A stretch of DNA of 64,000 bases, taken from positions 1 through 64,000 of the forward strand of contig NW_020844752.1 in NCBI RefSeq assembly GCF_003704095.1, read 5' to 3'. The translations under genes were made by a program, and so were the position numbers. Source of the stretch: Pocillopora damicornis. Its lineage: Eukaryota. Shown one piece after another: positions 37,801 through 51,915 of this stretch (positions within the stretch are counted from its first letter, which is position 1; every line of letters starts with the position of its first letter). Below the pieces are notes generated by a model. The model did not search any database, was not told the origin of the DNA, and saw only the letters and a list, made by a program, of their open reading frames with translations.

Positions 37801-40800
37801 ACGAGATTTGACTGATGCTGCTCAAAGATGGATGGATGGATAGGGAGTCATCCTGGAGACATTCGAAAAGAACATCTCATTCCCTTCTAAGAATTTCAAT
37901 GACAAGCTTCGAATCACTTCAGTTTTCGTTGCAGATACTTGGTGAATAACTCTTTTACATCCTTGAAAGCAACTTACTTCACTTTAATGTAAAACATCAC
38001 TGAGGCTCAGCAGTTTAATATCAGTGCATGCCTGACACGAGTGTACCTTGCATAAGATTAATATGAAAATGATCAACACTTTCCAACTTATCATAAGCAG
38101 TGACTAAGCTTCAGTAAGAGTGCTCGAAACGAAGCAATATCATGTGAAAATTATTCTTCAAACACGAAAAATAAAATTTTCTGTCAACTGTTGTCTCAGA
38201 AACCTGACGAAATGAGAGAGAGAAATGCGCGATGGAACAACATCCGTCCAAGGGGAATGGCAACACACTTTAGAGGGTCGGGAAAAGGCCAAAAGGTTTA
38301 TCCGTTAGGCGTACAAATTGACGAATTTTAACCTTTAGTCGTAAAAAAAAATTAACCGTAGAAAAATTTCTGGTGACCACAATCGAAAGATATTGACCAT
38401 TAGCCGTAAATTGGCCGAAATTTTAATATTTAGCCGTAAAAGGTGCCGTCTCCCCATTGAGACTCTCACATCATAACTTCAGTAAAGCTAATTCAACTGA
38501 GATGGACTACCGCATAGTGGACCGTTAATCCCCATGTCTAAGACTTAAACCCTTGAAAAAAGAGATCTTGAAAAAGATGTCTGTGCTGACGAACTTTTTA
38601 TCGCCAGAGTTTGTCTAGTGTAATATTTGTTATGATGCTTTTGATATGCTGATGTTTGATCAAACCCGTGAAGTAGCAAATAAACAATAAACAAACATGC
38701 AAAATAAAAACGTGGTCGCGGTTCCAAGTTATAATACTGATTACTTTTGTTTAATGACAAGCCAGAGGTGACAAACAGCCATAAATCGACATAAAGACGC
38801 TTCTTCTTAAGAGTTAAATCGTGTTTTACTCATAAGCCGGAAAGCTTTAGAAACTTCAACAAGCCTGTTGCCTCAATCCGAATTACTGGGGATAAACACA
38901 GCTTTATCTGATCTTGAACAATGTCTGTTTATGGCCGATACGATCGTGGATCGTCATATGTGGTACAATTTGTCATTTCTGAGGCCATATTATCTCATCT
39001 GTCCAGAATTACCTTTGTTCCCTATTAATTATTCCTGCCTGGTCTTTATCATAAATATTCTGTTAAGGCCAGCTTCTCATTTTCTCGCCGTTTGCAAATT
39101 GGAGATATCTTGACGTAGCTTATTTGACATCACCCGGCTTAGAAGTTAAAACGTTTCTTCCATTCGGGTGAAGATAAGTGGAATAAGCAGAACATCGAAA
39201 GACTCCAATAAACTTTGAGATTATCGCCGTTTGAGTGCAGAGCAAGCTTTACATTTTTTAGTTCATCCACGCTAGTGTATGATCAACCCTTGAATTAAGC
39301 GCTAACTTAATCACCTCCATTATAAATCCGTCACATAAAGAGCAGTCTGATTATGTATACTGATAGTTATAATGTCTCCCTCACCCTTGAAGAAAAGTGC
39401 ATGAGATATAGAAATTTGCTTGCCTATTTACCTTTTGAAAGGTGTTCTGAGATCTCTTCGAGAGGCGACGTTATGAACGATACTCGTGTTTTTAAGAGGG
39501 ATATTCAGACACATTGTTTCAATCGAAATAATCTGGATTGTCTCAAACTTACTTTCAAATTTATCGAGAATTTTATCAGAAATTTCTTTACGAGTCATTT
39601 TTATGTTTAAAGATAGATTTCGATTCTAAAACAGTAATTAAACAATAAACCCCTGGATATACAGCAGATTGCTGAACACCGGAAACCTTTGACGCGACCG
39701 CATTTCAAACATTTTATTATTCCTCGTACTAGAGAAAGAGGTATACGCAATTTTGGTACTCACCTCAAAAATTAAGAGATAGCTCCACCCGATAGTCCAA
39801 ACAAGAGAGGAAGCGGCTATTCTGTTTTTGCGGGACAATCGTGTGATCTGCGGTGAAAGAAAGGAAATTGCATCAATACTTGGTCGTCTGCGTTAATCAC
39901 TGGGGCGGAGTTTTCGACAGGATTGCGTCAAACATGGGTAGAAGACTGCCCACAAAAATTGCCGACTTGTCATACAAGCACTTGAAAAACCTTCAGAGAA
40001 GTGCCTTAGAATATACGGAAAACTCTCAAAACTTAACAGGATGTCGTAGTTTCAAGTATTGGGTTGTAGAATTACAAAATAAAAATTTCATTTTTTATTT
40101 CGGTGTTTTTCTCAACAGATGGCGAGCGAGTGTCACCCCACGTCACACCTAAGTTTTGAACCATTGAGTTTATTTTTAGTAGTTTGCACGTAAAATATCT
40201 CAGAATTATCACCTAAAAACTTGCACCACTTTTAACTACATTTTTTTTATGGGAATCATGAAAGTTACCACTCAATGTCACTATATACACTATACTATAC
40301 ACTTTTCTGCCAATAGTACAATCCTTGAAAAAGTGACCAATTAAAATGTGTTGTTGTTTGATTTTGAAATCACCACACGCGGTCTTTAGTGGTTTGGCAT
40401 GATGGATTGCAATTTCATCATCTGAGCGGAGTCTGTGGATTGACTGAATTAAAAGATCGGCCGGCTTTATTGTTCACATCTTTGTAAAATATATATCACA
40501 GATTTAAATACCAATAAACAGACTTAGATCCATAACAGCCCCACCTTTTGTTGCGTTTCGTTTTATCTGTTCTATCAACTTCCAAGACTATTTAATATCA
40601 TTTGAAACTGCTTCTGGTTTATTTTTCATTGGAGAATATGGATAAGAGCAAACTTTGACATACTGTGTTGGTAGAGGAGGTCTACTTAAGCCTCAAACTC
40701 CAATTAACTGTCAATAACCGGAGAATAAAAATGCCCCTCAACCTGCTGGAGGGATCGATCACGACAGTCATTAGCAGGAAGTTGTGTCAAGTTTGGTTTT

Positions 40801-43424
40801 ACACGTTCAATTTTGCCAACAGCCTCACGGATAATTTAGGTTAATTACAGGGGTGGAGCTAAGAGCACATCAAGGCATCCGACACTAATTGTTTCAACGG
40901 GGCAAGGTGCTTTACCTGTCGCAGCAAATCTGCTGTCAGGAACGCATCTGTCAGAGAGCAAGCGGTGATGAGCACTCATTAATCTCATGACTCGAAGCCA
41001 AGAAGTTATATGAAAACTTAACAGCCCTGATGTGATGTTTTCCTTTTCCGTTCTCGTAAAAGATGTTTAGCTTATGTGTTTTGAGCAATTTTTTTCTCGT
41101 TCCTCTAGCGATCAAAACCATTTGGAATGAGCTATTTTGTGTACTCTGATTCCGTCATCCTATTATGCGAGGTTACTAAAGGTAACAAACAAAGGTTAAA
41201 CTGAGTTATCCCCTTTAAACGTTCAGCAAAAATTGACTCTTAAACGAGGATTTAAAGTAGTTAGTGCTTAACTGTTAAAAAAGGTTGTTGCGTCTATTTT
41301 TTGAGTCAAGAAAGATATATGTTCGACAAATGGCGATTTTGATCATAGAAGTAGTTGTAAGATAAGACTCTGCATGGCGTGAGGCTTAATAAAGTAAAGT
41401 GTTGTTCGATCGACCTATAGGCGTTTGGCAGGTGAGTGCCGCCGATTGGCCATCTACGCTGACAACAGCTGATCTAAACTAACAGCTAAAAGGTCTCCAC
41501 CTATTTGAGAATATCATTTGTGAAAAAACGTACTCCTGTGATACTCAAAAATTCAGTGCGTGCTCGGCTAAGACCCTTTTGGTGCTTTCTTTATGTTGCT
41601 GCGGGGGAATCATTAATCCATCATTTCTATAGTGGGTGAAGCATAAGTGCGAACAGCCCATTCGCTCAGTAACCTCCTTCAAGTGACAGGTTAAATGCCT
41701 GCGCCGCCGTTGGTTGTAAGCCAAGAGTTTGGGGTTACAGTGCCCGGCGAAACTCACGAAGGAATGGGGAGGAGAAACACTTATAACTGATGGCGACTTG
41801 TGCAATACCTCGAAAAAATTCAGCTTTATTTTTTTTAGGTACGTCATTTGAAATACTTTGTATTCTCCTTCAAGTAAAAGGAGGTTATGAACATCTGTAA
41901 AGACGATGATAAGACTTTTCTGTTTGGAAAGCTATGCCTTTTTTTCACCAATAGAAAATAAAAAATATAAACCTTACGCCCGTTCTTGAAGTGACATAAA
42001 ATAAATATTTCATCCTCTATGCCTTATTTTCTCTAAAAAGTTTTAACCTAAATTAAAAGAGTAGAACATGGGCTTAGGAATATTTATCTTATTAATCCCC
42101 ATTTATAGCATAATTTTTTTTGCAAAGAAATAGTTTGTCATATCTTCATTTTTTATCGTTACTATTTTAGCTCCTAAATTTTGAAATTCGGTTTAATATC
42201 ATGATTTCTATTTCAGAAACGTGGGGAGAGGAAGTGCTCAATTTTTTTTTTCTTTCATGCATTGTTTCATCTTAGGAGTGTGCACCTCTTCCGGTCCCTT
42301 GGGAATAGTCACGTGAGATTGATCCGCAACCGCCTTGCCAATGTGCATTGTACTTGTGTGGCAAGAAAATCGATACCACAAACATAAACAAACACTTCTT
42401 AATTAATCGAGTGTATTATTAATGGAACAACAGGTGTCTCCAATCAGAATTCTGAAATAAATAGACGTATTACTCTCTAGCAACCTTCTTGAGCAAATGT
42501 ATCCGAAAGTGTCGCTGAAAGTCTTGGAACACACGTGTCCTCACGTATATTCGGATCGAATTCGATGGAAATAATTACTGTTGCTTTACAGTCAATAAAA
42601 ATACTGGTCTGTATTTCACAGATGTTCTATAAAATACATGGACAATCCAAGAATGCAACGAAACACTTTGAAGTTGTTGACGCGGGAACGCGTAACTGTA
42701 ACTTTAAACATTACTGATCTGAATAAAGAAATGCCAAAGATATAAGATACTTATGTCTAACACACCAAATTCGAATTTACATAAAATTATTTAATCAACA
42801 AACCTTTTTCTGCAGTCTATGTCGAAATCCCAAAGCACAACTTCTCTTAACAAGAATCACAAAGTTTCGGTTGAAATTAATGCAGCTCTTATGAGTTCTT
42901 TCGAGCGGAGTTTTCCGCTTGTACCCAAGCTCTCGCGGATCGAGAACTATTTACAAGATGGCGATCATGACGACAGAAAGTATGGCGTATTTCAAAACAA
43001 TGTCCTTCGTCGAAGATGTCGATGCAAAATGTCAAGTGTTTGATACGTCATCTAGATGAATTAGCTCAATCCTCGCTGGCGAGGCCGCCTCCGATTTTCT
43101 TTTGCACGTACCCAAGTCACAGAGGCTGAAATTAAAGAATTAACCAATATGGTCGACTGATTCTCCTGAATCAGGAGAAGACCTGATCGAGCTGACTTCA
43201 GTTTATCGTGATGGGCAAGATAAGCAAAGGAAATCTCCAAAGGTAGGCAATCAGCGATAGTTTAGGAAACTCCCATACGAACAGTTAAGTCTCGATTTCG
43301 TCCAATCTTGATTTGGCCTTGTGCCTCGTGTCATACCATATTGATCAATTTAAATCTACTCTCTGCAAGCCTCTGTAAGTTTTCAGCACTAAGAGTACTG
43401 GAAGTTGAAAACAGTACTTTAACT

Positions 43425-43754
43425 GGTTAAGAATATATGAAGGTCATATATTTGAACTGCGGATTAAGACATGAATGAAAGTGATCTTCGCAGTGATGTG
43501 CACTACTTAGGCAGTAGTGAAAATAAGGCCTGAAAAAAATTCAGGCCTGTACGGGATTTGAACCCATGACCTCTGCGATACCGGTGCAGCGCTCTACCAA
43601 CTGAGCTAACAAGCCAACTGGGAGCTGGTCATGATGGTGGTTCTAAATAAACCCGTGAAGTGATGAATAGACGGTTAAGAATATATGAAGGTCATATATT
43701 TGAACTGCGGATAAAGACATGAATGAAAGTGATCTTCGCAGTGATGTGCACTAC
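43425..43754 (-). mobile_element. tRNA-derived SINE-like repeat in partial tandem (248-bp period)
   Basis: An ~83-bp direct repeat (43425 and 43673) flanks a tRNA-like module. Confidence 0.75.
43543..43615 (-). tRNA. tRNA-Thr(GGT)-like module, probably a SINE head or pseudo-tRNA
   Basis: GGCTTGTTAGCTCAGTTGGTAGAGCGCTGCACCGGTATCGCAGAGGTCATGGGTTCAAATCCCGTACAGGCCT has A and B boxes and folds as a cloverleaf with anticodon GGT, followed by a T7 terminator. It has a mismatch in the anticodon stem and C instead of U33. Confidence 0.45.
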
Positions 43755-44666
43755 GTGTGTGCCTAAGTAGTGCGCATTATTACTCAATCAAAGTTGGATT
43801 CTACAACCTTCCTAGGTAATTGATTAGGTAAATGTTATACTTCATAATTAAGTTTTTCTTACAGCTTCAACATTCTGCCTATTTGCATTTCTTTGAGCAC
43901 TCACAATGTCTTTGGAGTCAAACATTTGGTTGTGATATACAGAACTTGAAGATTGAATATGTGATAAGTCAATAAAGTTCTTCAGGAATTTGGGTTCAGC
44001 TTTCATTCCAGGTCAGCTGTTGGCATCAACTACCAAACACCAGTGAATGTCATTTCAGTGGCTGATATTTTACCAGGTAGGCTCTAAGTATGTTTTGAGA
44101 ATGACTAACACTTTTTCTTCCTATATGATTTGTAGATATATGAAAGACATGTAAAAGCAACCCTAAGATTCAGGAACTAGTTCAAAAGCAAGTGGGAGAT
44201 TTCACTTCAAATATTTAGCATAATGATAAGATAATATGTACTTGTATAACTTCATTAGGGTGAGCCATAACTTTTTGCACAGTATTTGTTAAAGGCTATA
44301 ATTACTGGTGAGGTGTTCCTGGTTGAAGAAACTGTGAAACTGCCTGGTATTTTCTTTTTTCTTTTATTCCATCTCTGTAAAAACTTCTCCCTTCATAATG
44401 ATGGCTTGTTTGTTTTTCTCAGGAAAATAGTGCAAGGGTGCATGTACTAACTGCTTGACCAGTGGAATACCTTAGACTCATAGTTTCATGGGTGATAAAA
44501 TCTAATCGTATCCAATAACTAATATAGTGACTTAAGAAATTTAGTTGGAGTAAATTGACGAAATTTACTCTTAGTGAAAACAAAGCCATGATCTTCACTA
44601 TTGAAAAGAACTAGAAAATTATATGTAAAAAAAAATTCTGGATAAGTGCTCTCTTCAATTAAACTA

Positions 44667-44822
44667 CTGGCTCTGGTTGTTTGAAGATTGGATGATGCTA
44701 TCCACTGAGCTGGATAAATCTCTATCTGGTGAATAACGCTGTACGTCTTGCTATTACTTATCCGCTGGGTAGCGATTTATCTGTTGGATAGTGTTATCCA
44801 CCCTTTATACAACTGGGCCCTG
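44667..44822. mobile_element. Palindromic ~155-bp MITE present in copy 1 only
   Basis: Inverted ends CTGGCTCTGGTTGT / ACAACTGGGCCCTG with internal GGATA/TATCC symmetry. Absent at the homologous site ~54612. Confidence 0.65.
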
Positions 44823-47800
44823 ATCCCTGGTTTACATGTGTTCCTGAAATTGTCATCTCAGTTTATTATTTTTTCTTTAACAGAAAGCATTTTGCACATT
44901 TTGGGTAGAAATGAGATCCAAGAAGCAATCCACAGAACATCAGATCCTGAAAAGTTTGAAACTGATTTGATAACAGCCTTAAGTCATTTCATTAGGCAGA
45001 CTCACCATACTGGTAAGTGTCAGAAATATTTTGCTTTCATCTCAGTATAGCCTGTGAGCCCCCATATGACCATTCTGCAGGAGGTTATTGCTTGACTTCA
45101 AATCTGTATAACATCAGTTAGAGATCTTTGTGATGTAATTGATGATGAGGAAGGTGGTTAAAAGAGTGGGTCATGGGGCCAATTTTCTAATTTCAGCATG
45201 TCTTTGTTGCTACTTAAATCTTCTTTTGAAAAGAAAAAAAAATTGAAATGATACATGTGCAGTAGAACAACAGCGCTGAACAGAGAGTGGAAAGGGAATT
45301 TTAAAATGATAACACCGGACTCTCTTATCATTCCAGCCGACAACTTGTAATGTGCAAAAGAAGGAAGACTTTCAAGAATTTTCACAGCTACAAATCAATC
45401 GCAACTTCCGATTTAACATAAGGTATAACCGCACAAAAGTGTTATAAACCAATTGCCCCTTCAAACCCATTCAAGGCTCTCTCGTTCTAATAACTCCGAC
45501 CTCTGAGGCCGTTTTATTTGGAGACCAGTGGGTTTTTTTTCCTTTGAAGCGGTTTTCTACTAAGAAACTATGTAGCTAGATTAAGAATTAAACATTTGCG
45601 AGGAGTAACGATTTTGATACAATAGCCCATTCGGCAGTTGTCAGGTTAGAACTGGTTTGCTTATCATATCACTACTAATTATTCTTATTAGTATCACAAA
45701 TACCGCCTTTGGGGGATCACATAGCGCTATTGGGATGGGCTCTAACATTTGACACTACACATGCGAAAATCACCTGCTAAATTCATGCGTTGTGGGAGTC
45801 ATATCTTTCTTACTATTGTATTGTTGAGAGGCTAAAATGGTAAGATGTTCATAGCATGTTAGGCTTAATGAGGTAGTTTGTATAAAAATTTTCCTAACAG
45901 AGGGTGATTGAGTGAACCCTCTTTGAAATCTAAATATTTATTGAGCTTAGTTACAATAACAGAATTGCGTTTTATTTGCAGATAACTTTCTACGAGATTT
46001 GATGCTGCTCAAAGATGGATAGAGAGTCCGTGATCCTGGAGGCATTCGAGAAGAACATCTCATTTCCTTTTCAGTATTTCAATGATAAACATCGAATCAC
46101 TTCAGTCTTCGTTGCAGATACTTGGTGAACTACTCTTTTACATCCTTGAGAGCAAATTACTTCACTTTGATTTAAAACATCGTTGAGGCTTAGCAGTTTA
46201 ATATCAGTGCTTGCCTGACACGAGTGTACCTTGCATCAAGATTAATATAACGTGGAAATCACCGACACCTTCCAAATTATCATCCGCAGTGACTAAGTTG
46301 CAATAACAGTCCTCGAAACGAAGCAATATCACGTAAAAATTATTTTCCAGACATTTTCTGTAAATGATTGTCTCAGAAAACTGACGAAATGATAGAGAGA
46401 TACGTGCGATGGAACAACATCCGTCCAAGAGCTAGGAATGGCAACATACTTTGGAGGTTCGTGAAACAGCCAAAAGGTTTATCTGTTAAGCGTAAAAATT
46501 AACGAATTTTTATCCTTAGTCCTTAAAAAAAAAATTAACCGTAGAAAAATTTCTGGTGGCCACAATAGAAAGATACAGACCGTTAGCTGTAAATTGGCCA
46601 AAATTTTAACATTTAGCTGTAAAAGGCTCTGTCTCCCCATTGCGACCCTCACATCACAACATCATTAAAGCTAAGTCTTAAACCCCGCGATCTTTTATCG
46701 CGAGAGTTTGTCTAGTGTAATATTTGTTATGATGCTTTTGATATGTTGATGTTTGATCAAACCCGTGAAGGAGCAAACAAACAGTAAACAAGCAAAATAA
46801 AAGTGTGGTCGTGGTTCCAAGTTAAAATACTGACTACTTTTGTTTAATGATAAGCCAGAGGTGACAAACAGCCATAAAGGCGCTTCTTCATAAGAGTTAA
46901 ATCATGTTGTACTCGTAAGCCGGAGAGCTTTAGAAACTTAAGCTTCAACAAGCCTGTTGCCCCAATCCGAATTACGGGGGATAAACACAGCTTTATTTGA
47001 TCATGAACGGTGTCTTGTTCATAGCCGATACGATCGTGTATCGTTATATGTGGTACAGTTTGTCATTTCTGAGGCCATGTTATCTCATCTATCCAGAGTT
47101 ACCTTTGTTCCCTACTAATTATTCCTTCCTACTCTTTATCATAACTATTCTGTGAAAACCAACTTCTCATTTTCTCGCCGTTTGCAGATTGAAGATATCT
47201 GAACGTAGCTTATTTGACATCACCCGGCTTAGAAGTTAAAACGTTTCTTCCATTTGGATGAAGATAAGTGGAATTAGCAGAACATCGAAAGACCCCAATA
47301 AACTTAGAGATTATCGTTGTTTGAGTTCTGGGCAAGCTTTACATTTTTGAGCTCATCCACACTAGTGTATGATCAACCCTTCAATTAAGCGCTAAATTAA
47401 TCACCTCCGTTATAAATCCGTCACATAAAGAGCAGTTTGGTTATGTATACTGATAGCTATAATGTCTCCCTCACCCTTGAAGGAAAGTATACGAGATATA
47501 GAAATTTGCTTGCCTATTTGCCTTTTGAAAGGTGTTCTGAGATCTCTTCGAGAAGCGAGGTTATGAACGATACTCATGTTTTTAAGAGGCATATTCAGAC
47601 ACATTGTTTCGAAATATTCTGGATTATTTCAAACCCACTGTCAATTTTTTCGACAATTTTATCAGAAATTCCTCAACGGGACATTTTTATGTTTAAAGAT
47701 AGATTTCGATTCTAAAACAGTCCTTAAATAATAGACCCCTGGAGATGCAGCAGATCGCTGAACACCGGAAACCTTTGACGCGACCGCATTTCAAACAAAA

Positions 47801-49249
47801 ACGATTATTCATTGTATTAGAGAAAGGAGTATGCGCAATTTTGGTACTCACTTCAAAAATTAAAAGAGATAGCTCCATCCGATAGTCCAAACAAGAGAGG
47901 AAGCGGCTATTCTGTTATTGCGGGACAATCGTGTGATCTGCGGTGAAAGAAAGGAAATTGTACCAATACTTGGTCGTCAGCGTTAATCACAGGGGCGGAG
48001 CTTTTGACAGGATTGCGTCAAATATGGGCAGAAGAATGCCCACAAAAATTGCCGCCTTGTCATACAAACACTTGAAAACCTTCAGAAAAGTGCCTCAGAA
48101 TATACGGAAAACTCTCGAAACTTAATAGAATGTCGTAGTTTCAAGTCCTAAGTTGTAGAATTACAAAAAAAGAATTTTATTTTTTGTCTTGGTGTTTTTC
48201 ACAACAGATGGCGAGCGACTTTCACCCCACGTCATACCTAAGTTTTGAACCGTTGAGTTTATTTTTAGTAGTTTGCACGCCAAACGAAAAATATCTCCAA
48301 ATTATCACCTCAAAGTTTGCACCACTTTTAACTGCGTTTTTTTCTTAAAGGGAATCATCAAAATCACCACTCAATGTCACTTTATAACCCTTAGCCTTGA
48401 TACACTTTTCTGCAAGAAGTACAATCCTTCCAGAAGTGACCAAATAAAGTGTGTTGTTGTTTGTTTTTGAAATCACCACACGCGGTCTTTAGAGGTTTGG
48501 CATCATGGATTGCAATTTTATCGTATGAGCGGAGTCTATGGATTGACTGAATTAAAAGATCGGAAGCTTTATTGTTAACATCTTTGTAAAATATATATCA
48601 CAGATTTAAATACCAATAAACAGATTTAGATCTGCAACAACCCCACCAATTTTGTTCCGTTTTATCTGTTTTATCATCTTTCAAGACCATTTAATATCAT
48701 TTGACACTACTTCTGGTTAGTTTTTTACTGAAGAACATAGATAAGAGCAAACTTTGACACACTGTGTCGGTAGAGGAGGTCCAGTTTAGCCTCAAACTCC
48801 AATTAACTGTTAATAACCGGAGAATAAAAATACCTCTCACCTGCGAGAGGGATCGGAAAGTACAGCTATTAGCAGGAAGTTGTATCAAATGTGGTTTGCA
48901 CGTTCAATTTTGCCCACAGCATCACGGATAATTAAAGGGTTAATTACAGGGGTGGAACTAAGAGCACATAGAGGAATCCAACACTAACTGTTTCAACGGG
49001 GCGAGTCGCTTTACCTGTTGCAGTAAATCTGCTGCAGAAAATCTACTGCCAGGAACGCATCTCTCAGAGAGCAAGCGGTGATGAGCACGCTTTAATCTCA
49101 TAACTCGAAACCAAGAAGTTGGTACATACTGTATGGTCGAACAACATATAGTCACTTTGTAAACTTTCATCATGTAGGCTATGTTGTTGAGTCAATTTGT
49201 GGAACTGTTATGTAGAACATCACTGTGTCAACTGGTGCAATAGATACAT

Positions 49250-49500
49250 CCATTTACATTGTCTACAGTAGATACAACTATCCTCACTGTCTACAGAAGG
49301 TACAACTATCTACACTGTCTAGAGAAGAAACAACTATCTACACTGTCTTCAATAGGTAGAACTATCCACACTGTCTGCAGAAGGTACAACTATCTACACT
49401 GTCTAGAGAAGGTACAACTATCTACACTGTCTAGAGAAGATACAACTATCTACACTGTCTACAATAGGTACAGCTATCTACACAATCTACAAAATGTACA
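49250..49500. repeat. Minisatellite, 28-bp unit, ~8-9 copies
   Basis: Consensus TACAACTATCTACACTGTCTAGAGAAGG. Confidence 0.9.
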
Positions 49501-51667
49501 TCTAGTTGTACCTACTGTAAACAGTGTTGTTGAAATTTGCTGAAAAAGTAGACTATCCCACCAAAACGAAAAGTAGCAAATTCCACACATAAATTATTCG
49601 ATCGCTCAAGGTTATACAACGAACGAAGATTCTACCAAATTTAACTCCACGTGAGTTTTCTTCGCCAGTGGCTCTGTCGCCATTTTTGTAGCAGTTCCGG
49701 TGGGGAAAGTGTAAAGGTATTCAGCGGATACGTATCTAGGGCTATAGAAACCATATAAGCTTCACGGAAATTACAGAACATTTCGCTTTAGCATACATGA
49801 CCTACAAGTGTTACCCGCGCTAGATGTAAATATAAGTCAGCTTCCAAATGGTATCAGTTGTTGATAACTTATGTTTGGTAAAACCCCACGTCTGCCTGCT
49901 TTATCCAGAACTGAGAATGCTACCATGCCATCCTGGTAAAATTTTGTGCAGTGACGAAGTTTATGTCTATCCAATAATTAAAAAAAAAAAGATATCGAGC
50001 ACGAGGTAATAGTTTGACAATTTGAGAGGAACTACAAAAGACATAACTCATAAAAAGCAAACAAAACAAAAAAAAAAAGCATTCTGTTTCAAGTTTTGGT
50101 AAAGACTGTAGCTTCCCAGTGTTTTCACTGTTTTTTTCTTTTTTTATGCGGTTTTGGTACAGTTTTCGGTACTTGTCATTTGCTTCTTTTCCCTTTCCAT
50201 TCTTTTTCAAGTCTTTGTGGATGAATCTAACAATTGAGTGCTGCATAAGGTAACATAAGGTAAAGGAAATCTATTTATAATAAATATGTTCACAGAAAAA
50301 TGCGTTTTTGCTGACTTTTCTATTTTTACCTCTTCTTTTCATCATTGTTATCTTTCCTTTTCCTTTTTTGGTTTCTGAGCATTTATCTTCTTCGGTTTTG
50401 GTATTTGTCACAATCGGAAAGGCCTCTCGATTTGCACATTTTGTTTGCATCGAGTCTTCCATTACACAACAACAGGGAATTTATGGCACATTTCGCATAG
50501 GGTTTAATAAGTAAAGTATTCATCAAACAGCCGAATAGTCGCGAGAGAGCCCAGGCTGAAGAAATCGAAGCTAAGTTTTTCTTTTCCCTTAGCTTACTTT
50601 GCCCAATTTTCTTTCTTTTTCTTTACTGCATTGTAAATTCGGAATGACTTTTCCCGCCAATTTAAGAGGAACTCTTTGTTACGAGACTAATTCGACCAAG
50701 GAATTCGATGATGCGTTCCATCGGTCGATCGGCAGCATGTATGCATCGACACACGCTTAATAAGGTGCGGAAACTGTGAATTTCTTCGGAGGCCAGTTTA
50801 CGATCGGACAACGACATCCCAACGTCAGAGTTCAGCACGTGGACATACTGAGAAAACGTCTACCTCCTTCTAACTTGCATTGTCTATCAAAGGATGATGA
50901 GCTTGAAATGGATTATACATGTGAAACGTGAAAGGAAGAAAACAGGTTAAAAAAATACATAAAACGGTTAAAGTAAAACAAAACCATTTCTATTTCAAGG
51001 AAAAAGAGTCTGTCAGCGACTTCTGAGCAACAGAAAACACCACAGGATTCAGAATATAACTAACAATTAACCAAGTGGCCCGAAAAAGAAAAACTGCTCA
51101 GAAATTAAAAAAAGGAAAAAGGAAGACAAAAATGATGATGATAAGGAGAAAAAGAAGAAAAAAACAGCAAAAACAAAATGCAAGTTTCGTGGGGAGGAGT
51201 TCCTCGACCCCCAAGCCAGTTTAAAAGTTACTCCTTGTCTGTCAGCTCTAAATCATACTCGGGGAGAAGTTATTCGGCCCCCAAGCCAGATTGAGAATAA
51301 CTCCTATAGCGTGATTCGAACCCGCGACCTCGATGACCTCTCATGCACTCGTTGCGCGCCTACGATTGCCGCTAGACCATCTCGAAACTACATATTATAT
51401 TAGCATAAATTGTCGGTGTAATGAATTTTAAAGTACCAGGCTGGGGGGGAGGGTGAGGAACTTTTTGTTACTGAGAGTGCAATCGAGCGTTTCCGGTCAA
51501 GATTAAAGGAAATTAATTATACAAAGAACTGAAAAAAGCGATCTACACGAGGAATATTAGCATATGTTATAATGGCGGACGGCTTCGTTTACTAAAGCTC
51601 GTTAATGTGATTCCTCAGTATTGCATTGCACATCTTTTACTGCGCATAAAAATCACGTTATCATATA

Positions 51668-51673
51668 AATAAA

Positions 51674-51713
<40 letters not shown>

Positions 51714-51915
51714 AAGAGTATAGCAGGTAATTTAGCGTTAACAACTGGGTTGAAAACGTAAATTAGCCACCGTAAAGGGTAAAAAAGCTGACGTTTCGAG
51801 CGTTAGCTCTTCGTCAGAGCGGTTGACGAAGGGCTAACGCTCGAAACGTCAGCTTTTTTACCCTTTAAGGTGGCTAATTTACGTTTTCAACCCAGTTGTT
51901 AACACTAAATTACCA
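51668..51915 (-). mobile_element. Penelope-like non-autonomous insert: inverted pLTR fragments with minimal hammerhead motifs, 13-bp TSD
   Basis: ~95-bp near-perfect inverted arms. CTGACGA-AGAGC-TAAC-GCTC-GAAAC-GTC on minus (51817-51790) and a mirrored variant on plus (51823-51850). TSD ACGTTATCATATA at 51655-51667 and 51916-51928. Confidence 0.75.

Larger units (their letters stand above)
42958..45012 (+). pseudogene. Truncated, nonsense-disrupted copy of an unrecognised spliced gene (exons 42958-43242, ~43865-?, 44012-44076, 44884-45012)
   Basis: Start context AAGATGGCG. A single frame MAIMTTESMAYFKTMSFVEDVDAKCQVFDTSSR*ISSILAGEAASDFLLHVPKSQRLKLKN*PIWSTDSPESGEDLIELTSVYRDGQDKQRKSPK runs to donor AAG|GTAGG with two in-frame stops. 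Later exons are SAVGINYQTPVNVISVADILP and ESILHILGRNEIQEAIHRTSDPEKFETDLITALSHFIRQTHHT. The copy is cut off by the duplication junction. Confidence 0.6.
35675..45272 (+). repeat. Tandem segmental duplication, copy 1 (~9.6 kb)
   Basis: Colinear blocks: 35675-36205 ~ 45273-45805; 37625-41007 ~ 45815-49120; 41529-42360 ~ 52461-53470; 43820-45272 ~ 53872-55272. Identity is roughly 85-90% by eye. Confidence 0.92.

Noticed and set aside
39310-40150. ORFs and minus-strand exon-like blocks repeated at 47400-48130
   Set aside because: The similarity is explained by the tandem duplication; frames contain stops and differ between copies. A decayed gene is possible but unsupported.
49250-49543. 28-bp repeats as a CRISPR array, and the overlapping 94-aa ORF
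   Set aside because: The units are contiguous with no unique spacers, in a eukaryotic context with no cas genes; this is a minisatellite.
49920-50514. Lys-rich / Phe-rich ORFs
   Set aside because: Low-complexity A/T-tract sequence inside the TIR element.
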